Below are positions 1 through 9,521 of a stretch of DNA of 64,000 nucleotides, one piece after another (the first letter of the stretch is position 1; each line of letters starts with the position of its first letter). The DNA is taken from positions 2,347-66,346 of the forward strand of contig JASJCR010000052.1 in NCBI GenBank assembly GCA_030065875.1. Direction: 5' to 3'. The translations under genes and the position numbers were made by a program. The notes below the pieces were generated by a model. It had not been told where the DNA came from and made no database searches. It saw only the letters and a list, made by a program, of their open reading frames with translations. This stretch comes from Ardenticatenaceae bacterium. Lineage in GTDB: Bacteria > Chloroflexota > Anaerolineae > Promineifilales > Promineifilaceae.

Positions 1-447
1 CACGATGTGACCAAACATGGCGATAAAGCGGCGGTAGGCGTCGAGGGCGAAGCGGCGGCTGCCGCTGATTTTGGCCAGCCCTTCAACCGTTTCGTCGTTG
101 AGGCCCAAATTGAGCACCGTGTCCATCATGCCCGGCATCGAAATCGCCGCGCCGGAGCGAACCGAAACCAGCAGGGGATCATCGACGTTGCCAAAGGTTT
201 TGCCGGCCGCTTTTTCCACTTCTTTTAGGGCCGCCTGCGTCTGGCTCCACATCCCTTCCGGGAATTGCCCATCATATTCCAAATACCCCAGACACGCCTC
301 GGTGGTGATGGTGAATCCCGGCGGAACCGGCAGACCAGCGTGCCGCATCTCGGCCACGTTGGCTCCTTTTCCACCCAGGAGATTTTTCATTGTGGCGTGG
401 CCATCCTGAAATAAGTAAACCCATTTGTGATCGCGATTTTGGAACAT
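1..447 (-). CDS. ppdK: Pyruvate, phosphate dikinase, N-terminal fragment (continues beyond the left edge)
   Basis: Minus-strand reading from the ATG at 445-447 gives [52 protein letters not shown]...[19 protein letters not shown], the conserved PPDK N-terminus. It is absent from the ORF track because no stop lies in the window. Confidence 0.85.
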   Translation of the reverse strand, partial: MFQNRDHKWVYLFQDGHATMKNLLGGKGANVAEMRHAGLPVPPGFTITTEACLGYLEYDGQFPEGMWSQTQAALKEVEKAAGKTFGNVDDPLLVSVRSGAAISMPGMMDTVLNLGLNDETVEGLAKISGSRRFALDAYRRFIAMFGHIV

Positions 448-641
448 CGTATTCTCCTACCGATACAAAAATGCTGAACAAATTATCGTTGATAGCCTTC
501 CACCCCTGGGTGAAAAGTGTCAGGTTGACGGTCTTGGTGAGAGAGGGAACGTGGTATGATTGAGCCGAACGCAATCGTTTCGCGACCGTTTGCCGGACAC
601 ATCGCGAACATTATACACAAAATAAACGGGCTCGTGAAAAA

Positions 642-1379
642 ATGCACAAAGTTGAACCATCAACTTCTTTAAAGATTCTTTATTTGGATGAGCATCTGGC
701 GGCCGTCTACAAACCGGCCGGTTTGCTGGTTCACCGCACCGATATTGCCAGGGGGCAGGATGAGCGTTTTGCCCTGCAGATGGTACGCGATCAGCTGGGG
801 CAGCCGGTGTATCCGGCCCATCGCCTCGATCGCAAAACGGCCGGTATTTTGCTGTTTGCGCTCGACAGCGAGACGATGAGCCGGCTCAAGCCGCTGTTTG
901 ACGAGCAGCGGGTCAAAAAGAAGTATTTGGCTCTGGTGCGCGGGCACGCGCCTGAAGAGGGGGAAATTGACCGGCCGCTCAAAAAGGCGTTTTTAAGCGG
1001 GGCGCAGAAGGCGGCGGCCGTGGCCAAACCGGCCGTGACCCGCTATAGGCGGCTGGAAACGGTTGAACTGCCGATCCCGGCCGGGCCGTATCCGACCGCC
1101 CGCTATTCTTTAATTGAAGTGGCGCCGTTGACCGGCCGGACCCATCAAATCCGGCGTCATCTGGCTTCGATTTCTCATCCGATTGTAGGGGATACCCGCT
1201 ACGGGGACAGCGCTCACAACCGCCTGTTTCGCCGGGAATTTGACAGCTATCGCATGTTTTTGATCGCCCATTATCTGTCTTTTCCCCATCCACACGAAGA
1301 GAAACAGGTGAGTGTGGCTGTCGAGCCCGACGAGGATTGCCGCGCGATCTGGCGGCGTGTGGGGATCGATCGGATGTAA
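642..1379 (+). CDS. RluA-family pseudouridine synthase (TruC/RluA-like)
   Basis: 245-aa ORF with the catalytic-Asp motif HRLDRKTAGILLFA and the RTHQIRRHL motif typical of RluA-family synthases. Confidence 0.85.
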   Translation: MHKVEPSTSLKILYLDEHLAAVYKPAGLLVHRTDIARGQDERFALQMVRDQLGQPVYPAHRLDRKTAGILLFALDSETMSRLKPLFDEQRVKKKYLALVRGHAPEEGEIDRPLKKAFLSGAQKAAAVAKPAVTRYRRLETVELPIPAGPYPTARYSLIEVAPLTGRTHQIRRHLASISHPIVGDTRYGDSAHNRLFRREFDSYRMFLIAHYLSFPHPHEEKQVSVAVEPDEDCRAIWRRVGIDRM

Positions 1380-1581
1380 GGTGGTTCAGGGGGGTACAGG
1401 TCTTCAATGGCAACTGTCCTTGCCGCGTTCAAGCTGTGGACAAAGCGTAGAAGTGGCTAGGGTGAAACCAGAGCCTTGTTGTAAGGGCTTGGCTAGCCAA
1501 GCCCCTACCAATGTCTAACTGCCTCCTGACACGGGTGGGGAATTTGTTGAGCTAAAAAAAATAACTTTTGGTTGGTGATAT

Positions 1582-1610
1582 TTCAATCCATCTGGGCTAT
1601 CTGCTATAAT
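1582..1610 (+). promoter_or_regulatory. Candidate sigma70-type promoter of the Asp23-yloV pair
   Basis: TTCAAT (1582-1587), 17 nt spacer, TATAAT (1605-1610), about 25 nt upstream of the 1636 start. Match by eye only. Confidence 0.35.
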
Positions 1611-1635
1611 CGTGCTCCAGCGGCAAGCAGATTGA

Positions 1636-2007
1636 ATGAAGGAGATGTGCATGCCTGAAGAAGAAAACCGATATGGAGAGATCGAAATCTCATCAACAGC
1701 GGTGGCCTCGGTCGCCAGCCAGGCGGTTGACCAATGTTACGGCGTTGTGGGGATGGCCAGCAAAGGTTTTGTGGACGGCATCGCCCAACTTTTGACCCGC
1801 GATCCCCATCGGGGCATTGATGTCCAAATGCATGATGATGGGATCCAGGTTGACGTCTATGTGATTGTCGAGTATGGCATTCGCATTCGTGCGGTGGCGG
1901 AGAGTATCCAGAATACGGTTCAATTTCACGTGGTCCAGGCCACCGGCCGGCCGGTTAAGGCGGTCAATGTGTTTGTCCAGGGTCTGCTCCATACTCCGGA
2001 CCAATAA
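1636..2007 (+). CDS. Asp23/Gls24-family (alkaline shock) protein
   Basis: 123-aa ORF. YGEIEISSTAVASVASQAVDQCYGVVGM is the typical Asp23-family N-terminus. It sits directly upstream of a DAK2/YloV gene, a conserved pairing. Confidence 0.85.
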   Translation: MKEMCMPEEENRYGEIEISSTAVASVASQAVDQCYGVVGMASKGFVDGIAQLLTRDPHRGIDVQMHDDGIQVDVYVIVEYGIRIRAVAESIQNTVQFHVVQATGRPVKAVNVFVQGLLHTPDQ

Positions 2008-2046
2008 TTTGACACGCTAAGATTTGTGTTGGGCGAAAGATTGGGA

Positions 2047-2103
2047 TCAATAACTAATAACCAATACTCAATAATCAATGGCCAATTATCAATTATCAAT
2101 GGC
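2047..2103. repeat. Heptanucleotide tandem array (CAATNNN units)
   Basis: caataac taataac caatact caataat caatggc caattat caattat caatggc: eight consecutive 7-nt units in the Asp23-yloV spacer. Confidence 0.8.
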
Positions 2104-2129
2104 CCAACACCCATGAAGAGGTTATCCAT

Positions 2130-3824
2130 TTGACTAAAATATCCGGCGCCCCATGGCACACTTGTAATGGCCTCACGTATAAGAAGCTGGTGCAGGCTGG
2201 TTTATATGTGCTCGAGCAAAACCACCACACCGTCAACGCCCTGAACGTCTTTCCCGTTCCGGATGGCGATACCGGCACCAACATGCTGTTGACGATGCGC
2301 TCCGCGTGGCGGGCGATCAAGGATGCGGACGAATCCCACGTAGGGGCGGTGGCACAGGCATTTTCGCGGGGGGCGCTAATGGGTGCCAGGGGGAATTCCG
2401 GGGTGATTTTGAGCCAGATTTGGCGGGGAATCGGCCGTTCACTGGCTGAAAAAGAGGCGTTTGAAGCGGATGATTTGGCGGATGCCCTGCAGGCGGCCGT
2501 CGAAACCGCTTACGGGGGGGTGATGAAGCCGGTTGAAGGGACCATTTTGACCGTCATTCGCGAGGGGGCGGCTGAGGCGGTTGATGCGGCCGACAAGAGT
2601 GACGACATCCGCTTTGTGCTGCGGCGCACGCTAACTCGTTCACGCCAGTCGTTGGAGCGCACCCCCGAGCTGCTGCCGATCCTCAAACAGGCCGGCGTGG
2701 TTGATTCCGGCGGGATGGGTTTGGTTTTTATTTTGGAAGGGATGTACAAGCTGGCCACCGGCGAACTGGAAGGAATCGACGAAGCGGCCGGGTCGACCTT
2801 CGAGGCGCAGGTTGCTTCTTTACCGGCCCAGGCGCACGCGGTGCCGGAGGGTGGCGTCCTTGAAAATCATTACGACGTGCAGTTCATTTTGATGGGCGAA
2901 AATTTAAATGTCGAAGTGGTGCGCAATACGATAGACGCCATGGGGGATTCAACGGTGGTCGTGGGGGATGAAACGACGATCAAGGTGCACGTCCACGTCG
3001 ACAATCCAGGTGAGCCGCTTTCATATGGGATCAGCCTGGGGGAGATCACCGACGTGGTGGTTGAGAATATGCAGATGCAGATGGAGGAGATCGTAACGGC
3101 CGGTGCTCCGCCGGCCGCGCCATCGGCTCAGGAGCTGGCCCAGAAGATCCAGATCGAGCCCGGGCAAATCGCCGTTGTCACGGTAGCGCCGGGGTCCGGG
3201 TTTGAGACGCTGTTTCAGGATTTGGGGGCCTCAGGGATCGTGCCGGGTGGGCAGACTAACAATCCCAGCACCGAAGAGCTGTTTGCGGCGATCGAGGCGG
3301 TAGACACCGACAAGGTGATTTTGCTGCCCAACAACAAAAATATCATTTTGGCCAGCGAGGCGGCCCGCGATTTGGCTGATAAAAAGCAGGTCGTGGTGGT
3401 GCCCACGCGCACCGTCCCACAGGGGATCGCGGCGATGCTGGCCTTGGACCCGGCCGGCGAGATCGAGGCGGTGGGTGAGGCGATGATGGCCATGGCGGCC
3501 GATGTGGTGACGGTGCAGGTGACCGTGGCCACCCGTTCGGTGCAGCTCAACGGGGTAGCGGTGGCTGAAGGGGATATTATCGGTCTGGTAGATGGGGAGA
3601 TTGTGGCGTCCGGGCAGAATATCGTGGCGGTTTTAAAAGAGGCGATGGCGGCCGTTGAGGATATTGACGAGCGGGAGATCGTGTCGCTATTTTACGGGGA
3701 GGACACCACTGCGGACGAGGCGCAAAAAACGGCCGAGACGATTGAAGAGTGGTATGAGGAGCTTGAGGTGGAGGTCCAGCCGGGTGGTCAGGCGCATTAT
3801 TTCTACATTTTGGGGGTGGAGTAG
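2130..3824 (+). CDS. DAK2 domain fusion protein YloV
   Basis: 564-aa ORF (TTG start in the track). It has the N-terminal Dak2 motif PVPDGDTGTNM and a long C-terminal YloV-type half, and it follows Asp23. Confidence 0.9.
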   Translation: MTKISGAPWHTCNGLTYKKLVQAGLYVLEQNHHTVNALNVFPVPDGDTGTNMLLTMRSAWRAIKDADESHVGAVAQAFSRGALMGARGNSGVILSQIWRGIGRSLAEKEAFEADDLADALQAAVETAYGGVMKPVEGTILTVIREGAAEAVDAADKSDDIRFVLRRTLTRSRQSLERTPELLPILKQAGVVDSGGMGLVFILEGMYKLATGELEGIDEAAGSTFEAQVASLPAQAHAVPEGGVLENHYDVQFILMGENLNVEVVRNTIDAMGDSTVVVGDETTIKVHVHVDNPGEPLSYGISLGEITDVVVENMQMQMEEIVTAGAPPAAPSAQELAQKIQIEPGQIAVVTVAPGSGFETLFQDLGASGIVPGGQTNNPSTEELFAAIEAVDTDKVILLPNNKNIILASEAARDLADKKQVVVVPTRTVPQGIAAMLALDPAGEIEAVGEAMMAMAADVVTVQVTVATRSVQLNGVAVAEGDIIGLVDGEIVASGQNIVAVLKEAMAAVEDIDEREIVSLFYGEDTTADEAQKTAETIEEWYEELEVEVQPGGQAHYFYILGVE

Positions 3825-4122
3825 CCGGGCCGGTCTTTTTCGAACTTGCTCCTTGACTGAGGGACACCATTGTTAGGGGCCGCTGAAGGTCGTGAGTGGG
3901 TCTTTTTTTGAGGAAGCTAGGGCTGAATGACTCTGGACCAGGGTCGCATTTCCCATATAATGTCCGTAATGGACTTGCATTGGGTTCCACCCTACATCAT
4001 TATCAATGTGGCTTAAAACCCATATCTTTTCTCCTGGTGTGGCTTGACTTTGTTCAACATGGATTTTGCGTCGACACAGCAACGCAAGAATCCTTTTTCG
4101 TTACAAAGGAAAAGAACGCAGC

Positions 4123-4623
4123 ATGAAATACTACATAATTACTTGCTTACTATTCTCGTTCTGCCTGATTTCGTGCGGTGGTGGTTCCGAGACAAATGAA
4201 ACCGATACCATTGACGGAACAGATGATTCAGAAACCCAATCTTCTGTGGATTTCAGCCACCTCAATTCCAATAAGTTTATTTTGGTTGTCGATCAAATTG
4301 CCGAATCTCCCAATATTGATGTGCAGGGCCCAGGCGAACCCGTTCCAGAATCCGAATATGTTGAGTCCATCGCAGGTACCGAATATGAAATCGAATTTTC
4401 AGAAGATCGGAATCGTGTTGTAATTGGTTCAGAGCCGATAATTGGCGACCTCGAGACAGAAGAAGACAATTTGATTAGGTATCAACTCTCTACCGGACTG
4501 TTTGCAGGCGGTCGATTCCTAGTTCGGATAGAAAATGACCAGTTTGAGGCAGAGTTGACCGAGTACGGATCTGGTTTGCCAATTGTGAGGAGTGAAAAAG
4601 GAATTTTAGAGCCAGTCGATTAG
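4123..4623 (+). CDS. Hypothetical lipoprotein
   Basis: The internal ATG at 4123 gives MKYYIITCLLFSFCLISCGGGS, a signal peptide plus lipobox Cys. The rest of the sequence is acidic and low in complexity. An attC-like site follows 24 nt after the stop. Confidence 0.65.
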   Translation: MKYYIITCLLFSFCLISCGGGSETNETDTIDGTDDSETQSSVDFSHLNSNKFILVVDQIAESPNIDVQGPGEPVPESEYVESIAGTEYEIEFSEDRNRVVIGSEPIIGDLETEEDNLIRYQLSTGLFAGGRFLVRIENDQFEAELTEYGSGLPIVRSEKGILEPVD

Positions 4624-4646
4624 CAAATTGAACTAATCGATGACGA

Positions 4647-4718
4647 GCGTAACAAAAAATTGCAGGCGACCACATGGCGTCTGCACCGCCATACGGCACC
4701 TGAATTTTAACGTTAGGA
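4647..4718 (+). repeat. attC-like site j
   Basis: GCGTAAC...GTTAGGA. The arms cgtaacaaaaaattgcagg / cctgaattttaacgttagg and catggcg / cgccata pair into a 72-nt imperfect hairpin. Confidence 0.6.
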
Positions 4719-4795
4719 CGGCTTATGCAAAGTTGCGTTTTGCCGAACATGAAAAATCTTTGTAATTGAAGATAGTTCTACAAACCAAAACTCTG

Positions 4796-4844
4796 CCCTA
4801 ACAAGCTTGCATCTGACCTATGGCAGGTGAAGCGGGCGTTGGGG
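4796..4844 (+). repeat. attC-like site k (short)
   Basis: CCCTAAC-aa-gcttgc...gcgggc-GTTGGGG. The R boxes are complementary. At 49 nt it is shorter than classical attC sites. Confidence 0.45.
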
Positions 4845-4888
4845 CGGCTTATCCAGCATTCCATCAACCCTAACGCCCAAAGCGCCGA

Positions 4889-4950
4889 CCCCAACGCAGC
4901 ATCAAGCCGACAAAAACTGCACACAGATTTTGCGGCTTATGCAACTAAAC
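4889..4950 (+). repeat. attC-like site a (degenerate 3' box)
   Basis: CCCCAAC-gca-GCATCAAGCCGACAAAAACTG-caca-CAGATTTTGCGGCTTATGC-aactaaac. It forms a long stem with one extra C in the left arm. The GTTRRRY box is not intact. Confidence 0.45.
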
Positions 4951-4995
4951 GATCACACATAGAGAAAACACTTCGCGGATCACATTTGTTTTTGC

Positions 4996-6147
4996 TTATG
5001 TTGCAGATGCTGAATTGAGTATAAGGGATAGGGCATTGGTAAGGTGTTGGAGAGGCTCGCTGGACGCCCTGTAAAGAACATAGTAGCTGTCACGTTCTGC
5101 GCCTATCCAGCCTACGCGTTGCATCAGTTTCAATTGCTTTGAGATTGCACTTTCACTTAGACCAATAATCCGCGCTAATTCCATCGTGGAGCACGGCTTT
5201 TGCGCGACCAATTCCAAAATTTGAAGTCGAGTAGGGTCTGCTACACCACGAAGGATATTGAGTAGCTGATCTGAGGGAACGGGCGGCTTGCCTGCCAGCC
5301 GGTGTTGTGGCATCGGATATGTGATGGAAAGGGTAAGAGGTTCGGCTGGCGACCGATTTTTGATGAAAAAGATGAGCGAAGGATACGTGTAGTAGGAAGG
5401 ATAAAGATTGAGATTATCAATCTGCCTAAACGTGCATTCTTCTATAACATTCGGTTTGAAGTAGGTGGCTATTTGTTGAGCAATATCGACCGAAAATCGC
5501 TCACTCAAACCTGCCAGCATTGGTACACTCCCCGAACGCTGGAGCTCATGACCTCGCACCCTAATTTCCTCCAATATGATTGATTCAATCCCTTGCCATT
5601 CATACTCGAAAAAAGTGCTCCAATACCTTCTAAGCAACTGTAGAAAACGTTGCTGGAGTTGCTCCGGTTCGTATGCGAGCAAAGGTAAAAGCGTATCATC
5701 ATCACCATACCACATTTTTAGATAGCCCGAGACCTTTTGCTGGATCGAATCAGACTCTCGAAATTCGGTGAGGCTGACTAGCTGTTTCAAAGGACGTTGC
5801 CCATTAGGAGGGGCATTGATCAGGCAATCGTTGACAAGAACCTCCGCAAAATGTTCTGAATGCATTGATTCAAGAGCAGAAATTTCTCGTTCAAACGCTG
5901 GCTCTTCTACTTGTTCAGATGCAACGAGAAATCTGGCGGCAGTTGCAATAACTGGTCGCAATGTACGCAATTCAGAGCGGAGTTCGGCCGAAATCTTCTG
6001 TCTTGTCGATAATGCCCATGAGATGTGAAGCGGATGGTTTTTATGATTGCTCAGCACGTTCAAGCTCAGTAACAACTCTCTGATAATCGAGTAGCCAAAG
6101 CCGATGTTTTCCTCTGGGAGCTGAGCTAAGTTGAGTTTGATTGCCAT
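4996..6147 (-). CDS. ArsR-family winged-helix regulator with a large N-terminal domain
   Basis: C-terminal HTH: LNILRGVADPTRLQILELVAQKPCSTMELARIIGLSESAISKQLKLMQRVGWI. The start is uncertain: the track ORF runs to 6282 and would overlap the divergent DinB gene, and ATGs at 6201 and 6147 are alternatives. Confidence 0.7.
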   Translation of the reverse strand: MAIKLNLAQLPEENIGFGYSIIRELLLSLNVLSNHKNHPLHISWALSTRQKISAELRSELRTLRPVIATAARFLVASEQVEEPAFEREISALESMHSEHFAEVLVNDCLINAPPNGQRPLKQLVSLTEFRESDSIQQKVSGYLKMWYGDDDTLLPLLAYEPEQLQQRFLQLLRRYWSTFFEYEWQGIESIILEEIRVRGHELQRSGSVPMLAGLSERFSVDIAQQIATYFKPNVIEECTFRQIDNLNLYPSYYTYPSLIFFIKNRSPAEPLTLSITYPMPQHRLAGKPPVPSDQLLNILRGVADPTRLQILELVAQKPCSTMELARIIGLSESAISKQLKLMQRVGWIGAERDSYYVLYRASSEPLQHLTNALSLILNSASAT

Positions 6148-6235
6148 TTGATTGAGTGATTGGGAAATTAGTTGATTGCTCGCTACAGCGTAGTTTATCA
6201 TTTTCACTGTAGCAATCAAGCTAATCAGGAATGAT

Positions 6236-6751
6236 ATGGGGCGAAAAATGGCGCATAGAATTGTTGAAAATCTTTGGTTCACACGTGAAAAATGGTTGAG
6301 TGGTTACGCAGACATTTCGGCCGAAGATGCAGTCAAGCGCATCGGTGACGCCAACAGTGTCAGTTGGATGGTCGGCCATCTTGCTTGTTTTGAACAATTT
6401 ACCTGGTGCCAATTGGCACAGGGCATTACGGTTGTTGAAGAACTCCGTGTTTACGACTTTGGTCAGCCTGCAACAACACCTGCATTAAATGAGGTGCTAG
6501 AAATGTGGCACAAAGTAATGCCCGTTGCCGATCAATATCTTGAAACATTGACAACTGCAGATATGTCAACCCATCTGGTGCTCCCAAACGGCGCAAAGTT
6601 TCGGGACGACATTGGCACGACTATCCTGCGCCACACGTGGCACTATTGGTATCACCTGGGAGAAATGCGAGCATTACGCTCAGGGATGCAGCACAAAAAT
6701 ATGCCGCAATTTGTGGGTAATATGGCTGGTTATGGCCAATATAGTCGTTGA
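6236..6751 (+). CDS. DinB-family protein
   Basis: 171-aa ORF with His-rich four-helix-bundle motifs (WMVGHLACFEQ, HTWHYWYHLGEMR) typical of the DinB superfamily. Confidence 0.75.
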   Translation: MGRKMAHRIVENLWFTREKWLSGYADISAEDAVKRIGDANSVSWMVGHLACFEQFTWCQLAQGITVVEELRVYDFGQPATTPALNEVLEMWHKVMPVADQYLETLTTADMSTHLVLPNGAKFRDDIGTTILRHTWHYWYHLGEMRALRSGMQHKNMPQFVGNMAGYGQYSR

Positions 6752-6788
6752 CAACACCTTTCACTAATGGCAAGACAAGCAACACAAC

Positions 6789-7361
6789 ATGATTGAGACA
6801 CGGCACGTCACTACAGAACGCTTAGATGATTTAGCCGATTTGTTTTGCACAAATCGTTACACCGAAAAATGCTGGTGCATGTGGCATATTATTTCAGTCA
6901 AAGCGTTTCATGCGGGTGGCTCTGCTGGAAACCGGGCAAAATTGGCAGAAATTGCACAAACAGAAGATTTGCCAGTTGGCATTTTAGCATACCAAGATGG
7001 CGAGCCAATTGGTTGGTGTGCTGTTGGCCCTCGTGAACGGTATAAACGAGCACTTACGACACCATCCTACAAAATTGATTTTAAAGAATCGTATCAAAAC
7101 GTGTGGCTCGTACCGTGCTTTCTTTCTCGTTCTGACAAAAGGGGGATGGGCTTAAGCAGGCTTCTGCTTGAGGCAGCAGTTCAATTGGCACAAGAGCACA
7201 AGGCTGAGGCTATCGACGGTTTTCCTTTTGCTTCTGGGAAACGCCGCTCAAGCAGTCAAATCCATGTTGGCTTTGAATCAACTTTCGTTGCATGTGGGTT
7301 TGCCCCGATTAGCAGACCATCTGGTAGCCGTGTTATTATGCGTCGTGTGATACTGAGATAA
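6789..7361 (+). CDS. GNAT-family N-acetyltransferase
   Basis: 190-aa ORF. The RGMGLSRLLLEAAVQLAQEH segment matches the acetyl-CoA binding motif A (R/Q-x-x-G-x-G/A). An attC-like site follows 17 nt after the stop. Confidence 0.7.
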   Translation: MIETRHVTTERLDDLADLFCTNRYTEKCWCMWHIISVKAFHAGGSAGNRAKLAEIAQTEDLPVGILAYQDGEPIGWCAVGPRERYKRALTTPSYKIDFKESYQNVWLVPCFLSRSDKRGMGLSRLLLEAAVQLAQEHKAEAIDGFPFASGKRRSSSQIHVGFESTFVACGFAPISRPSGSRVIMRRVILR

Positions 7362-7377
7362 TCAGGTGTCAATCGCC

Positions 7378-7439
7378 GCCCAACAAAGCATCAAGCCAAC
7401 AAAACTGCTCGCAGATTTTGCGGCTTATGCAAGTAAGCA
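7378..7439 (+). repeat. attC-like site b
   Basis: GCCCAAC-aaa-GCATCAAGCC...GGCTTATGC-aa-GTAAGCA. The left arm has one extra C relative to the right arm. The 3' box is GTAAGC, one T short of GTTRRRY. Confidence 0.5.
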
Positions 7440-7572
7440 AGCTGAGATGTGATAGAGTTGGGTAGAGACGTTTGTACGATTGTTTTAACGGAAACCACAA
7501 TGGAGAATAACGCTATTTATCATCCAATAGATAGACGAAAGTATGATACGTGTTCACCGGAAGGAGATATCG

Positions 7573-8072
7573 ATGAATGAATTTGTGCGTGTTGACCAAC
7601 CAGGAGACCAGGACGAACGCAATTTGCTGCCTGGCTAGTTGGCATTTCATCGAAATGCATTGGAAGCTAAGTGTATTGGACTTAGCTCAGAGCAGCTTGT
7701 CACAAGAGCGATGCCACCGTCAACGTTGTCTTTGCCTGGGTTGATTCGACACTTAACCGAGATGGAGCGAGCGTATCTGGTTTGGGTGCTTGGTTCTGGC
7801 GAACCTCTTGAGTGGGTTTGGGGAGAATATGCGGTCCAGATTGGGATTTCGAAGCTGATGCTTCCATGGTATCCGAGTCAATGACAGCCTAGGCAAAAGA
7901 GCAACAGGCCGTAAATAGTTTGAGTTTAGGCTATGAGTCTCTTGAACAACGGGGGACAGGAAATGGACATTTGCTTCGATGGAATCTTATGAAACTTATT
8001 CAGGAGTATGTGCGACATAACGGACATGCTGACCTTCTTCGAGAGCGCATTGACGGGCAAGTGGGCGAATAG
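7573..8072 (+). pseudogene. DinB/DUF664-family gene remnant
   Basis: The family-like sequence is ERNLLPG*LAFHRNALEAKCIGLSSEQLVTRAMPPSTLSLPGLIRHLTEMERAY ... [28 protein letters not shown]. It is interrupted by in-frame TAGs at 7636 and 7890 and by a frameshift near 7838. Confidence 0.7.
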
Positions 8073-8103
8073 TGTTGTCAACTCGGACATCATGCACCGT
8101 GCC

Positions 8104-8155
8104 GCCCAACAATGCTTCCAACCGACGAAGGGCGCGGCTGAAGCAGGGGTTAGGC
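8104..8155 (+). repeat. attC-like site c
   Basis: GCCCAAC-aat-GCTTCCAACCG-acgaagggcg-CGGCTGAAGC-aggg-GTTAGGC. Both R boxes are canonical and the left arm carries an extra C. Confidence 0.65.
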
Positions 8156-8224
8156 AGCTGTTTGAAAAAGTGGTGGGTTTTCAAGCTGGATTCTAGAGAT
8201 TCTGTCAATCAAGGAGGATACACT

Positions 8225-9073
8225 ATGTCAGATAGAGAACTTCGCGTTTTTGATGGAGCCACGGCGATTATCACCGGTGGTGCATCTGGAATTGGCCGAG
8301 CGCTTGGTGGAGAATTGGCCAAGCGTGGCAGCGAGGTTGTGCTGGCCGATCTTCAGATCGAACTGGCTGAAGAAGTGGCCTCAGGAATCCGTGATGCTGG
8401 CGGTAAGGCAACGGCACTGAAACTAGATGTGACCGATTTCTCTGCCGTGGAGAGCTTGCTTCGAGAAGTAGTTGAGCGTACTGGTGGCTTGGACTTTATG
8501 TTCAACAATGCAGGAATCACCATTGCTGGCCCTATCCGTCTTCATGCTATTGAGGATTGGAATCGGATCATCGATGTCAATCTCCGAGGCGTGGTAAACG
8601 GAGTTCAAGCGGCATACCAGATTATGTTGGACCAGGGGTTCGGGCACATTGTGAATACAGCCTCTACGGGTGGACTTGTGCCTAATGTAATAAGCCCCTC
8701 GTACACGACGACTAAGTATGCTGTAATTGGTCTTTCACGGGTTCTCCGTGCTGAAGCAGCAGCGGAAGGCATCCGGGTCAGTGTTCTCTGTCCGGGTTTT
8801 GTTCGTACTCCTATGCTAGAAGGAGGAAAATACGGTAAAACCCTTATGGATCTATCTCCTGAACAAGAACGGGAACTTCGCGATAGCTTTGAGAAGCTCA
8901 AACCTATGCCTCCCGACACTTTTGCAGGAAAAGCACTGGACGCGATCGCGAAAAACAAAGCCATTATCGTAGAACCGTCTTGGTGGAAGCTACTCTGGTG
9001 GATCGACCGCCTGTCTCCGCAATTGACGATGCTTCAGCTCCGGAAGCAAGTTATGGAAATGAACAAGGGCTAG
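8225..9073 (+). CDS. SDR-family oxidoreductase
   Basis: Start taken at MSDRELRVF. It has TGGASGIGRAL (TGxxxGxG), NNAG and YTTTK (YxxxK). The longer track ORF (8072) would read through attC site c. Confidence 0.85.
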   Translation: MSDRELRVFDGATAIITGGASGIGRALGGELAKRGSEVVLADLQIELAEEVASGIRDAGGKATALKLDVTDFSAVESLLREVVERTGGLDFMFNNAGITIAGPIRLHAIEDWNRIIDVNLRGVVNGVQAAYQIMLDQGFGHIVNTASTGGLVPNVISPSYTTTKYAVIGLSRVLRAEAAAEGIRVSVLCPGFVRTPMLEGGKYGKTLMDLSPEQERELRDSFEKLKPMPPDTFAGKALDAIAKNKAIIVEPSWWKLLWWIDRLSPQLTMLQLRKQVMEMNKG

Positions 9074-9125
9074 GATTCTTGTGGCGTCATGATGGCAACA
9101 CCTCCTTCACTGCAGAGAAAGAGCG

Positions 9126-9185
9126 GCCTAACCCAGCATCAACCTGATTTACGCATGGCCGGATTTTGGATGAATATCCAACTTC
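9126..9185 (+). repeat. attC-like site d (degenerate)
   Basis: GCCTAAC-cca-GCATCAACC...GGATTTTGGATGAATATCC. It is related to sites a and b but has a poor right arm. Confidence 0.3.
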
Positions 9186-9274
9186 GCTGGGATCTTTATC
9201 ATGCTTAGAAATCTGAGGAGTGGGAACTAAAGACGATGGAATCATTCTCAAATTCATCCAATACCCCTCTAGCT

Positions 9275-9326
9275 GCATAACATCGCTTCCAACCGGCGCG
9301 AAGCGCGGCTAAAGCAGGCGTTAAGC
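9275..9326 (+). repeat. attC-like site e
   Basis: GCATAAC-atc-GCTTCCAACCGGCGC-gaa-GCGCGGCTAAAGC-aggc-GTTAAGC. Confidence 0.6.
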
Positions 9327-9521
9327 CTACAACACGAGTATATTCCACCCATTACAGACGCACGGCCACCGATTGATATTCATTAATTATTCGAATGTTC
9401 TGAATCGCTTCTAGCCTAAGGCACAAGCATTGCATTATACAGAGCACGTGGTTAAAGTGGACACATCACTTCGTAGTTACCCCGGATCTGTGACCCCGAA
9501 TGATCGGTCCTTCTCTGCGAG

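Noticed and set aside
3872-3878. Lone GTTAGGG just downstream of yloV, considered as an attI or the first recombination point of the array.
   Set aside because: A single 7-mer has no discriminating power. There is no partner box and no integrase gene nearby.
7636-7892. Two in-frame TAG codons, considered as possible stop-codon recoding (for example pyrrolysine).
   Set aside because: The same gene also carries a frameshift. No recoding machinery is visible. TAG is used as an ordinary stop by neighbouring genes such as GrpB. Simple TGG-to-TAG decay explains it.
8072-8224. N-terminal extension of the SDR ORF in the track (333 aa).
   Set aside because: The extension is Arg-rich, reads straight through attC-like site c, and precedes a good MSDRELRVF...TGGASGIG start.
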